Shown one piece after another: positions 13,201-25,079 of a stretch of 64,000 bases of DNA; the stretch's first letter is position 1, and every line of letters begins with the position of its first letter. Source of the stretch: Marsupella aquatica. Taxonomy: Eukaryota; Plantae; Marchantiophyta. Location: the NCBI GenBank assembly GCA_973895155.1, contig OZ316895.1:8296184-8360183 (forward strand), in the 5' to 3' direction. Both the position numbers and the translations under genes were made by a program. Under the pieces are notes generated by a model. The model saw only the letters and a list, made by a program, of their open reading frames with translations, was not told the DNA's origin and searched no databases.

Positions 13201-16200
13201 CAAATCATCGTCTTCAAAGACCTAATGTTGATTGCTTGGTGATGGTTACTAATAGTTTCTACTACGTACAATCTAGCGTGGTCACTTCTCGTCATGTAGA
13301 ACTGTTCGTACAGATGTGCAGATACAGTCAACTGATAAATCTACTGATCTTGTCTGGTTGGAAAGGTTATTGTCAAAAGGGTAGGAGGTGCATTTGGCTC
13401 CAAGCTGAATAGAAGCCCAGCTATTGCGATGGCCTGTGCATATGCTGCAGAGAAGCTACAGAAGCCTGTCCGGCTTGTTCTTGATCTTGCCACAAACATG
13501 CAGGTGGGGATATTGGCAATTTCTCCTTATCTGTTCCAAGTTTAGGTAGATCTTATATCGGTGCCTTGTCAATTTCCTCTTCAGACTTTTTGGGTCCGTA
13601 GGATTCAAGTTGGAGAGCATCGTGCCTTCCAGTATGTGTAGTAATCAAATTGAAACTTTTGCATAGCGTGGTATGTGGGTAAGACTTTCCAGTGTTGAGA
13701 AGAGAACTAGACACAGGCAGTGGTTATTTCATGAATGTTGGCAAGACAGATTGAATTCCTTCAATACAATATCCACCATGAGCACCATTTTTGACAATTG
13801 GAGCTGTTCATTTTCCCAACAATAGAAACTATTGTCGATTGAGATTGCTTTGGCTGTGGACACACATGGGCGAATCCGAAAGCTTAACTTCGAAGTTGTA
13901 TGTTTATCAGAGTGTTGGAGCTCGGAGTCCTTATCTTTGTAAATATAAGCTAGGCGTGCAGAAAGACGGCCGCATAAATGTTGTCAAAATGGAGATCTTG
14001 AACAACCAGGTACCTTGTGCATTTCCTATTGCTTATAAATCTCAGTCCTGACCTCATATTTTGTTTTCATGAGGTATGCAAGGCTGTTAGGAACATACGT
14101 CATGGAACCAAAATTCAAATTATCCGATATACATTTCAACACACAATTGCACAAACAATGCTTTTCTAAGCTTACCTTCAGCTTGCCTTCAGGATGGCCT
14201 GGAATTATAGTTATGTGCTACCTAAACGTGTCGGGATCCACATGTTCACTCCTCGTTCTCATTCGAGCTAACCTTTTGGAATGACTGGCTCACTACCACA
14301 ATTAATTGCTCATATGTACGGTCGCTGGATGATCAGGGAGCTCACTTGGATTATGAGTACCCAGACTTATCTACGTTGAACATGTGGATCGACAGCACCT
14401 ACAATATTTTGAATTGGGACATTCAAGGGAAGGTTGCTAGAACAAATCTTCCAGCCATGACGTATATGCGAGGACCAAGTACTCCTCAACTTTGGCCATA
14501 CGCATTGCTTCTGGAATCTTGGCTGTTGAGTATCAGTTAATCCAGTCTAGCACTGACTTGTTGCCATGCCTGGTTCTGTTGAGGTCCATGAAGTGCGCAC
14601 TGCTGCCCTAAGGCAGACATTAATGTGGGTTGGTGAATCATCCATTGGAACCCTTCTGAACTATAGAAGCTCTATTCAAAGTTCTAGGGACATGGTTTCT
14701 AGTTCTCACAGCGTACCTGTCGTTTATGTACAGTGTTCGTGGAGACCATGTTTATGATTGAAACAGCCGTAGAACATGTGGCAATAGTGCTCGGACTCCG
14801 GCCTGACATTGTTCGCGAAGTCAATATGTATAAAGAAGGCGATGTCACTCCGTCGGGCCAGAAGCTTGTCTACTGCAATGCCAAGAAAGTGTTTGACACC
14901 GTAAAAGTAAGTCACTCTTGTGCATGTGAAACTTTACAGCTGATAACAGTTGCAGTAGGCAAACGACTTGTGCAATTGTTGAGCAACTCTGTGTGTTATT
15001 TTTGGCCAGGAATCATCCGACTTCGAGCAACGGTATGAAGCAATTGAGGAATTTAATGCAGAAAATAAGTGGGTCAAAAGAGGAATATCAGTTGTTCCTT
15101 GTAAATTCGTGGCTTACTGGGAAGGTCAAGCACAGAATGCTCTTGTCAATGTCTATCCCGACGGAAGTATCAGTCTTCACACATCTGGTTGTGAACTTGG
15201 GCAAGGTCTTGATATCAAGATAGCACAGGTGAGTAGAGCCCACTAGATTACCTTTGAAACGAAAGGATCTATGTCGAACATACATAGTTGAAAAAAATGT
15301 ATGATGGTAGAACTATCAGCAAGCCTCCACAGCTATCCACTTTCAGAGTAGAAAGAAGGTGATTCTCAGACTGGCTTAACGTCTACTATGACTTCAAATG
15401 ATGTTAGGTTGCAGCAAAGACCCTCGGAGCCCTAACAGAAGAAGGCATCGTTCCCCGAGACATTCGAGTACACACGACAAGTAGTGCTGTGATGGCAAAT
15501 AATATTGCTGCTACGGGTGGCTCTGTGACCTCAGAGATTGCTGCGGCGGCAGTTCAGGTATGATTTCTTACCACGATACGTAGGTTAAGACACTATGTAG
15601 GCGATCATGTTCAGTGACTTAGGTTATCCAAAGTTTATGATGTCTAAGGTGTATGATCAACAAACCTTTCTGTTCCAGGATCTTTTGTTTGAGAGCAAAA
15701 TCCACGTGAAGGTGTAAACCGCGAATGCTTTCGGAGACTTTCAAATTTGATTCGTTATACACAAGGTTGATTAGCCGCCAATATATATCCATCATCTATG
15801 TTTCCCCTACTCAAGACGTTAGTGCTCACGATTGACCTGTATGAGCTCATCATTCCAGAAATGATTCAGTCATCATGGTGTTGCTGCATCTCACCAACCA
15901 ACTCCACTGCACTTACGTCTCATCATTTTAAAGAATGTCTCTTGGAATGAAATGCAGAATGCCTGTCAACAAATTGTGGATAGGCTTCAGGAAGTACATA
16001 TGATGTTCCTGACGACAAGAGGAACAAAGCCCACTTGGGAAGAGCTCATTGGGGCTGCATGTGATTCAATGATTGACCTTCAAGCTCGTGGTCGGCTTTC
16101 TCCAGGCGCCGCCACAAACGGACCTTTCCAGTGAGTTGACTACAGTGAGCTACTCTTACTAAGAGTGGCTGAGCCTTCCGTCACAAATCATTTCACTCCT

Positions 16201-18247
16201 GCCGTGGTTCACGTCTCACCTTTGAGGGGTCAACATACTTGCTCACCATCAGTATTACTTCTGATGTTTCACTAAGGTCTTTTGTTATGCCTTCTCAGGT
16301 ATTTGTCATTTGGTGCTGGTGTAACAGAGGCAGAAGTTGACGTGTTGACAGGTAACGTGACTCACTTGGGTGCCTCGTCAGGTCAGCTAATGTGTGCTGC
16401 ATCCCCTTTCGGGCTGTTTCCCTCTTTGTGTTTTGGTCCTTGTCCCGATTGGGGATCTGTGGACTTCTCAACTAATCCATTCAGGCCATCAGACCAATTA
16501 CCAACTGACTCATTGCTTTCCTAACGCTAGGTGACACACGGATTTTAAGGTGCGATGTGCTATTGGACTGTGGAAAGAGCCTTAACCCTGCAATAGACAT
16601 TGGCCAGGTGAGATACTCATCGCTGAGGTACCTGTGATTATGTTGTTGACTGGAAGACTGCTTTTGACAATGGCTTCCCTCGAAGTGAGAATAGATCCTC
16701 TCAGTAATTATTTTCCATCATTGAACTAGCACATTTGTCATTTTCTGATAACTCTGATTTAAGACAATGGTTGCATCCAAGTGGGGAACTGTATTCTATC
16801 AAGCGACAGGGATAGTTGGAGTCGGTGCTGTGTCTATATCAATAGTGCAGGAATCCGGACAGGAAGAAGGTAAGCTCTCAGAATTTGAAATGTACCATAT
16901 CGCTGTGGTGTGCCTGAAGCCGTGCTGATGATCATATGAACAGGTTCAAGGAGCATTCGTGCAAGGACTGGGTTACTTTCTTACAGAGGAATTTTCGTTT
17001 GAAGATGACTCTGGCAAGGTGCGGGCTGGCAACTCAATGACTCGAACAGAAGTTCATACTAAGATTAGAGCTTATGGAAAGGACCTTAAGGGTCTCCGGG
17101 TACCCCCACGGTTGCAGCCATGGCAGTACTCGTCATTACTTTGTAGGAGTTGGGCAAATGTCAGTTCAGATCAGAGAGATGTAGATCTTGCTTTCTCGTG
17201 TAGCTGTGTTATGAACGGAGATAGTATGATTTCAAGCAAAATTTTCGGGTTCCCTTTATTTTCGGATGATTTAATGTGATGGTTCTCGACAAAGCCAGAG
17301 TTGATTTTATGTCAAGCCTGATCCAAAGGGAATGAATAAAGCTCGGTTTTCCAACAGCCAGAGTATGCGAGAACGAATCTGAGAATAAATCTGACGATGT
17401 GCCGTCTGTTTTTCAGCTGCTGTCTGATGGCACGTGGGACTATAAGCCACCTTCATCCAAAGACATTCCACATGATTTCAGAACCGCTTTACTAGCTAAC
17501 AGCAGCAACCCTAGTGGGTTCTTGCGGTCAAAGGTATGAAAAGTTCACTTTCTTTCCATCATGTTGCAGGACCCTCATGATTACAAATAGTTTGTCACTA
17601 AGTTTTGCAGTTATATGATTCTCTGATAAGATTTTAGCCACTAATTCACTGCGGGGATCACGCTGATGGTCAGATCCAGTACTCTCAATTTGTAGGGCTA
17701 AAAGTTTAGCTTAACAAGAATACAGTTCATGGCAATTCTGACATGTCCTCACATCTGTATATGCAGTTTTCAGGAGAACCGCCATATGCACTGGCAGCAG
17801 GGTATGTATTCAGAACATTGCCAGCAGCCATATCTGAATTTTCTTACTGTATTATGTGGACTGTAAGAGCGTCGAATTCATTCATTCTACAAGTCGAGCA
17901 GACTTTCTGGCATTAACATTGATCAAGTTCAAAAATCCATAGCTCAGGAAGATCAATGTTTAACTTGTCTGTAAGGAGCGCCGAATTCATTCATTCTACA
18001 ATAGTCGAGCAGACTCTCTGGCAGGAGCATTGATAAAGTTCAAAAATCCATAGCTCAGAAAGATCGTTGCTTAACTTGTCAGACTTGGCATTGCAGGGCT
18101 GTTCTTGCAGTTCGGCAGGCCATAGCGTCTTTGAGGGCAGAGTCTGGCAATGACTCTTGGTGCTCTCTCAACTCCCCAGCTACAGTGGAGAAGGTTGTGC
18201 TTGCTGCTGGATTAACTGCTCCCATTCTCAGCTTCAAGGACTTGTAA
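7293..18247 (+). CDS. Molybdo-flavoenzyme of the aldehyde oxidase / xanthine dehydrogenase family, about 27 exons
   Basis: 2Fe-2S motifs CRQGGCGAC, NSCL, QCGFC and GNLCRCTGYRPI; FAD domain VAHPQVRNVGSVAGN; Moco domain [67 protein letters not shown]. GT-AG introns; first exons 7293-7697, 8303-8388, 8672-9152, 9319-9655. Stop TAA at 18245-18247. Confidence 0.93.
17861..18080. repeat. ~110-bp imperfect tandem duplication in the last intron of the aldehyde oxidase gene
   Basis: ctgtaag..gaattcattcattctaca..gtcgagcagact..aagttcaaaaatccatagctcag..taacttgtc occurs twice. Confidence 0.85.
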
Positions 18248-19004
18248 CGAGCATTCAAAGCATGAGCTAGGTAGTTAGAAAGACCCCTGCCTTTCAAGCA
18301 TTACCACTTGGTCTGATTTTAATGCTTAGCAGAGGAAGTGGCCCAAATGCTAACAATCGTATAAATAGCCTGGGCTTGTAAATTCAAGAAGACCTTGTTG
18401 TTGATGGATAATTATGTAAAATATAAGTTAATACTTCTATGTAGCACAGAAGGTGTTGAAGTGAGGCAAAGAAGTGTAGGTGAAACGAGAAAGCCTAGTC
18501 AAGGCAAGGAAGGCAAGGAAGTGTTAAACCACAAGGCCCTATAAAGAGGCATGCCATGATAAAATGCACAAATTCAAGAATGGGCCTGAGCTCCACAAAA
18601 GATGGCGAGTGTTTCACCATTTTTTGGCAATTGTTTCGCCATTTATGGTGAGACACTGTTCACCACAAGACAGGAATGAAGAGTAGTGAGCGAGGGAATG
18701 AGGCTTTTATATGGGCAGGTGTGGTTTAAGCATTTGGGGTTTAGGTTGTGGAAGTGTATCAAGTGGGGAAGAGGAGGCCATCTTGTTGAACGTGTGTTAG
18801 GAGGGATTCAAGAGCAGCGGATTCCTTGTCACAAGCATGTTAGGGGCACATGGAAGAGAAGAGGAAGATGAAAGGACTGTGAAGAGGGGCAGTGCAAGGG
18901 AGAGTGGGAGGGAGGTCAAGGTTTTGGGGCCCTCTTGCACAAGAGGTGGAGGTGACAGGGCAGCAAAGGTGAGGGGGCACAAAGGGGAAGAGGTAGAGGC
19001 GAAA

Positions 19005-19225
19005 AGGTGTAGAGTAACCCATCCCGAAGAGGGGGTAGTCGGATGTAAGCCCAGAGGGCGGTGAGCCTGAGGGGTTATAGCCCATTATCCCTAGGTGAGG
19101 ATGAGTTACCAAGCATAAAGCCCAAGTGCATTTCTAAGCCATTCACTTCCTTCTACATTGCATAAATCTTATCTGTCAGTGTCTACCACTTTGCATCTTC
19201 CCATATTTGTCATTCAAATTTGACA
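19005..19225. repeat. Member of a dispersed repeat family (possible old LTR remnant)
   Basis: gtgtagagtaacccatcccgaagag and gtgaggatgagttaccaagcataaa.ccaagtg match sequence at about 36686 and 36932. Confidence 0.55.
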
Positions 19226-20214
19226 ATGGGTTTGAGAAACCCCAGGGCAGACTGGTCCAGGGTTCTGTTGCCTCACCCGGGGGTAATGTCTCATAACCAT
19301 GTATAGACTTACAAAGAAAAATATTCACAAGGGGTTTATGAGAGGGGGCATCACGAACACAGACCCTACAGGCTCAAAATAGGGCTGGGGTGGGGCATGC
19401 CGAGCCAGGACCTGTGAGGGAAGGAAATTGATGGGGCAGGGCAGGTTAGGGAGGATAGTCAGGGAGACGCTTTTGGAGGCTCCAATGGTCCATGGAAAAG
19501 CATCCAATGACCAAGATTTTGTCCTGCCTTTTCTTACTTTTGCATCCAGACAATGAAAGAAAATGCCCTTCCTGATTTTTAACTTTGTACCTTGGGATTT
19601 TGCAAGGCTTTTCCATGACCCTCATCAAACCAATCAGATGAAAGTTGAAAATAAATTGAAGACCACTATCATATGCCATTGTTGTTGCTTTGGCACGAGA
19701 ATGATAAATCTGAAGGGTTGTCTCCTTACAAAGAGTTGGTCAAGGAATCCATCTCACTGACTTCTACTGTAGTACTTAACCACCACTGTTCCCAAACCTG
19801 TGGTAGACTAGATAGTATACTTGCTTTCACTATGTTCATACATTTTTACTAAGTAATTGTTTGGACTGGAATACCAAAATTCAATAGAGTGCTTGTACAA
19901 CCTCAAAATAGTTTTAATTGGTGTTTTAAATGTCAAGTATTAAAATAATGTAAACACTGATTTTCTAGGGTATATGATATTTTTTAATTTTTTTTTTAAA
20001 GATTAATATTTTCTGTGTTATTTCTTGCAATAAAAAATAATTAATATTTTGTCAGAAAAATACTCTACTTTTTGGCAACCATGAGGCAAAGGTCAAACAA
20101 AAGACTTAAAACAATGGGCGATGGTAGCGATGCTTGATCCGAGTGGGGATGGACAGAAGGCAACTTTGATGTAGAATTTATGTTGCTAGACGGGAATCCA
20201 AGAAAAAATTACAG

Positions 20215-20392
20215 GGCAATAGGGTGTGCCAAAGTTCTCCCGTAACCAAAGTGGTACGACTTTATTTTTTTTGGACGTATCACCCTTATGGGGTACGTAT
20301 TTTGGTAGCCCATAGTGATTTTGTCCTGGCTGTAACAGCGTTGTATGTTCTGAGTTGTAACTGAGTTACAGCTATGCTTTGACATGCTCTAA
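20215..20392. repeat. Member of the same dispersed repeat family
   Basis: aatagggtgtgccaaagttctcc...cacccttatggggtacgtattttggta...ctatgctttgaca aligns with 36715-36889. Confidence 0.7.
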
Positions 20393-20810
20393 TAGCACTG
20401 TTGCAAGTAGATTCCAAGGGACATTTCAAACCTCAGTGGGAAATGCCATGGTTATTAGAACACTGTTCCATCAGCCCTCACACCGACCCTCACCCTCCTT
20501 CGGCCCGGCCCTGAAACAGCGTTTGAGGGGCCCTATCACATCTCTTTCCATGGGCCCCCTAATAAGAACTTTTCCCACGCAGTAGCATTGACGGTGTACC
20601 GGCAAATTTGAACGACGGTCACCTTAACCGTCGGTCCATTATTTTCTTATCGATCTCTCCTGTGAGTGTTGAAAGAGGACTCTTGCACTGTCTAAAATGC
20701 CACCTCTGTTGTCTTGCGCCCGTGCTTGTTCCCCTCTTGATTGATTTGATTTCTGTTGCGGAGAGGTTTCAATTTCTTTTGCTGCAGTGAACTCCATTTT
20801 TATTGTTGAG

Positions 20811-22196
20811 ATGGAATTTGAAGATGAGGTTCTGCTGGATTCCCTGGCTGCATTGGTGATGAGCTATGCAGCAACGTCTGTGCCAATTCTTGTTACGCTT
20901 CTTCCTGGGCTTCATATTGGGAGCTCACAAATCCATCTCAGCTGAATGGAGTGTTCAATTTCGAGTCAAGGAAAAGACGTTGTGATGACGATGAGATTTG
21001 GCCGCAAGTGTGGGCCTTCATTCAAGTTCTGAGAAGCTATTTCATGAGAAAAAGAGAGATTGATTGCCCCTGGTACATTAAACCTAGAACCATCCAGTGG
21101 TTTTATCTGTTTATTGACTTTGTTCCTTACGATGATCCTACTAGATTCAAGGAATTTTTCCGTGTTAGCCCCGGGACGTTTTATGCAATATGTGAGATGG
21201 TTCACGGGGACATGGTCACAAATCCACCGGCAGCATTTTGTACACTGCCAAATAGAAAACTCTCTGTCGAGAGGCAGGTGGCCATTGCAATTAGAAGGCT
21301 TTCCACAGGAGATCAATGTCTTGGGATCGAGGAGCTGTTTGGAGTTTCTCATGCAACTGTAGTCAAGGTCACCTGGAAGTTTATTCAAGCAATAATCAAG
21401 CAAGGGAGACATCTGATCCAATGGCCGAGTGCAACAGAGCTTGAAAAAGTGAAATTGGAGTTTATTGCACGATGGGGTTTCCCCAACTGTTGTGGGGCAG
21501 TCGATGGCACACATTTCCCAGTTGAACTACCAGCCTCAGAGCATAGCCAGGATTACTTTGATTTCAAGAAAAAAATGTCGGTTTCTATGCAGGCCATTGT
21601 GGATCTTAACCTCAGGTTCTTGGATGTTGTAGCAGGTTGGCCAGGCTGGTAGCATACAAGATACCAGATTGCTTAGAGTTTCTACCTTCTTTAGAGATGT
21701 TGAATATAGACGTACAAGGTTGCATGGCTTGGAGTATTTCTGTCAAGACGGCACCTCCGTATTGAGGGAGTACATTATTGGGGATGCAGGATATCCCTTG
21801 TATCCATGGTTGATTGTCACTTTCACAAATGGTTTATCTGATGAACATGATAGATGGAACCATCGACATTCTCAAGCACGAATGGCAGTGGAACGAGCAT
21901 TTGGACAACTGAAAGGTACCTGGAGAATCCTTAGCCGAATTCTTTGGAAACCAAGAAAAGATAGGATCGGTTCTATGATTTACTCTTGTTGTATTCTCCG
22001 CAACTTTCTTATTCACCGTGGTGAGCACATTAGCCCTGAGCTGATTCGGGGGATTACAGCTCACCCTGGTGGATACAGTGGAGTACATGTGCCCAGACGA
22101 GAATACATGGAAGGAGGGCCAGAAGCACGGGACAATTTGCTTAATGAGGTTGACATTCTAGACCAGAGAAGGAGCGCAAGGGCAAGGGTACCCTAG
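20811..22196 (+). pseudogene. Harbinger (HARBI1-like) DDE transposase, frameshifted
   Basis: Motifs FRVSPGTF, GAVDGTH, FLDVVAGWPG, IGDAGYP, RMAVERAFGQLKGTWRIL, CCILRNF. A frameshift near 21647 breaks GWPGS-IQD. A second frame change (or an intron) lies between the ATG at 20811 and 20951. Confidence 0.88.
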
Positions 22197-22818
22197 ATTG
22201 AGCTCCAATCCTACACTTCAACTAGCATAATCTAGAAATCCTTTTTGTACGCCAGTTATTTTTTCAAGAAAGGGAGATTGATTCACAAAAGACTACCTGA
22301 AAAATCGCTTTCATGAGGTTTTTTATACATTCATTTCACTAGCAGCTGGCTTATTCTGCAACTTTCTTTTGCAAAGACACCTTTACAATGAGCACATGCC
22401 TCTCACAGTACTCTATAAAGTGGTTATTTGGATTCTAGCATCACACATGGCATTCCATAGGTTCAAGTTGCACATACGCTCTCTGCTCTTGTGATGATAA
22501 GTTTTTGTTTACCAGATTTTTCAGGAATGAGAGTCACCTTTATTACCAAAAGGTCTGCAAAGTGTCACCTGTGCTTTTAGTTCACGTCACTTTCTAGAAG
22601 TATTTTATATGCCATGAGCTTGATGCCTTCCATGTGTTTGCTGGCTATTCGAATTAGCTGTGCATCAATCCCAATGCTCTTCCATGTCTCTTTGACTGCT
22701 TCCGTTGCGTCTTGGCCCCTTTCTCCTCACTTTGGTGGCTCCCCTCAAATAATAATCATATTCATGAATAATACAATCGGAAGGAAAAAGATTGTGGACA
22801 AGTCAGGAACCCGACTGA

Positions 22819-23162
22819 TGTTAGATATTGCTCTAGTCTTGTGACTCATGAGCTAACCACAGTTAGTCTAACTCGGGTTAGAACTTAGCTAATGTTAGCG
22901 GTAGTGTTGTTGTGTATATAGCCAGGGCTGATGCCAGACCCTGGTGGAACTTAGGCTCATTGTTACGGAGCTAGTTGAGAGATAGGGAGAGCTTGTGCTG
23001 TGGATGCTTGGTATGGCCGGTCGGCCTAGAGTGCAGTAAAGCTCTTGTGTGTTTCCGTGGACGTAGCCTCATGTGGAGGTGAACCACGTATCTCTCTGTG
23101 TCGACTATTGTGCGTTGGATGGTTCATGGGCTTGCTGTTACAAATGTCGTCTATGCTCAACA
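22819..23162 (+). repeat. 5' LTR of Copia copy A
   Basis: tgttagatattgc...atgctcaaca, followed by the PBS. Confidence 0.96.
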
Positions 23163-25079
23163 AGTGGTATCAGAGCATGCCTGGGAGGTGACGAGGTTTT
23201 TTCGTGACAGGTTTTCCAGCGTTCATTGTCGGTGGCACATTCAGAGTTTTGTTGCATGAAACTCGAATGTGCGTGGCTGTGCGGATAGGTTAGTGAGAGG
23301 GCTTTCTAACGGTGGTTAGAACTCGCTGATTGGTATCCGTAATGCGGAGGAATTGAAGTTTGCATCGTTCAGGGTTTATTCGTGTTCGACGGTTTTTTGG
23401 GGGAGAGACCAGAGTTTGCGTTTTTCAACGGTGTGAGCAGTGCGGTGCGAGAGGGATCGCACATTATAGCTCAAGTTGATGGTTGAAGCGAGCTGGTCGT
23501 TTTGGTAGTTGTGTTGCTGCCGAGTTGTTACCGAGTGTGACGTGACGAGTGACGGAGCGTTCAGGTTTTTTCACAAGCTATGGAGCTTGTTCACATCTGA
23601 ACCGGGTTTCTCTTCGTGACGTACGACTCGGTGGAAGAAACGCAAAGTGCTGCGGCTCAACGGTTTGATTGCGGCAAGGCGGTCATTTTGAGCCCGGGAT
23701 TGGCACTTGACGCGGACTGAAGGCGACGCGGCGGAAATAGTTTACTCTGCTGGAGCTGCAGACTGTGCCGGTGTAATTTGGCAACATTTTTTTCGGCAGC
23801 GGTCACTTTTCTCGTGTAAAAGAGCGGCGGATAAGGTGTGTACTTGACCTTTTTCTTGGGGAGGGTCAATTTTTGCCTTTAAAGGGGTTTAACATCCCCT
23901 TTTTGTTTGTATACTGTCACATAGTATACCCCCGGCTCCGAGTACAACTCATTTCCCCCCTACCCCGCACCCCGTATTTGCAGGCGCCAAACGCCCTGTG
24001 CAGCGCCGGCCGGCGCATATGCTGCCGCCCGGCAGCTGCTCGCACCCCCTCCCTTGGCACTTATACCCCTTTTCGCGCCCCGGCCCCTTGTATCCCCTTT
24101 TTTCCCCGGTACGTAACTGCGTATGCAGCCGTGATCCGGCTGCTGCCTATGCCCCGCCCCTTTGAGCGTGCCGGCTATACGCCCTTTGGGCCGGCTCCGC
24201 TACGTCTCCACCCGCGCCTCGTGCCCTGCGATTGCGACTCCGCCTGGCGCCGGTGTGCTCCTTGCCATTGTATTTGCCAGCCTCTATTCCTTGTATTTCT
24301 CCTGGCCCGCCTCGCGTCGCCTATACGCGGATGCGCTTTTTGTCTTATACCTGTATTTTTGGTTTTAAGCGGCTTAGCACCCCCTTTAAGGGCCTATTTT
24401 AAGCCGTTTTTTCTTCCTCTTGTTTTCCCTTTGTGCCGGGACCTGCCACCCTCCGTTTTAACCGCTTGGACAGGGGGAACGGCCCCCTGTGAGACCTGTC
24501 GGACTGTGCGGGAATATTCCCAAAAAAAACAGAGAGCTGTTTTTTGGCCGTCCGACAAAGATTCTGTCCGCCGAACGGTAACTTTTTTGGATCTTTTTCG
24601 GCGAGGACGTTGCCACTGGAGTTAGCAACGCGGCGCACCAATCACATCGCAATTCCGATGACGGGTTGTACTGGGTATTTTGGTTATTCTCCAAGGTGGT
24701 CAAAACGAGGGAGTTTCCCAAGGTTTTACCCACCCCGACCAAAATTTGAATAACTTTTCCGTCGAATTTTGATTTTGATTTCGGCTTTCAGTATTGGACT
24801 CCTAGCTTCGTGGGCTACGCGGCGGTGTTGAGTTTTGAGTTTTGTGAGAAGTTTTGAAAAAGACGTTTTTTCGTGATTGTTTCATATGAGTGACTCGGGG
24901 GATACTGGAAGAATTGGCATCAGTGGGCTTCAGGATCGCGACGGTCAGACGGAGAGTCTGAGGAGGAGCTGCTACCGTTTGAGGAAGAACTTGTAACACC
25001 GGTACGATCACCGGTGCAGCGTGCAGTGGAGGAAGCTGTACTACTACCAGAGCTGTCGGTAGTAGGGAAGAAGAGGAAG

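Noticed and set aside
20811-22196. Domesticated HARBI1/ALP1-like host gene
   Set aside because: It is frameshifted, enclosed by TIRs and paired with a Myb ORF, so it is a decaying transposon.
23873-24625. 250-aa ORF in the Copia A leader as an extra gene
   Set aside because: Non-ATG start, GC-rich low-complexity sequence, no recognisable domain, and the frame is not preserved in copy B.
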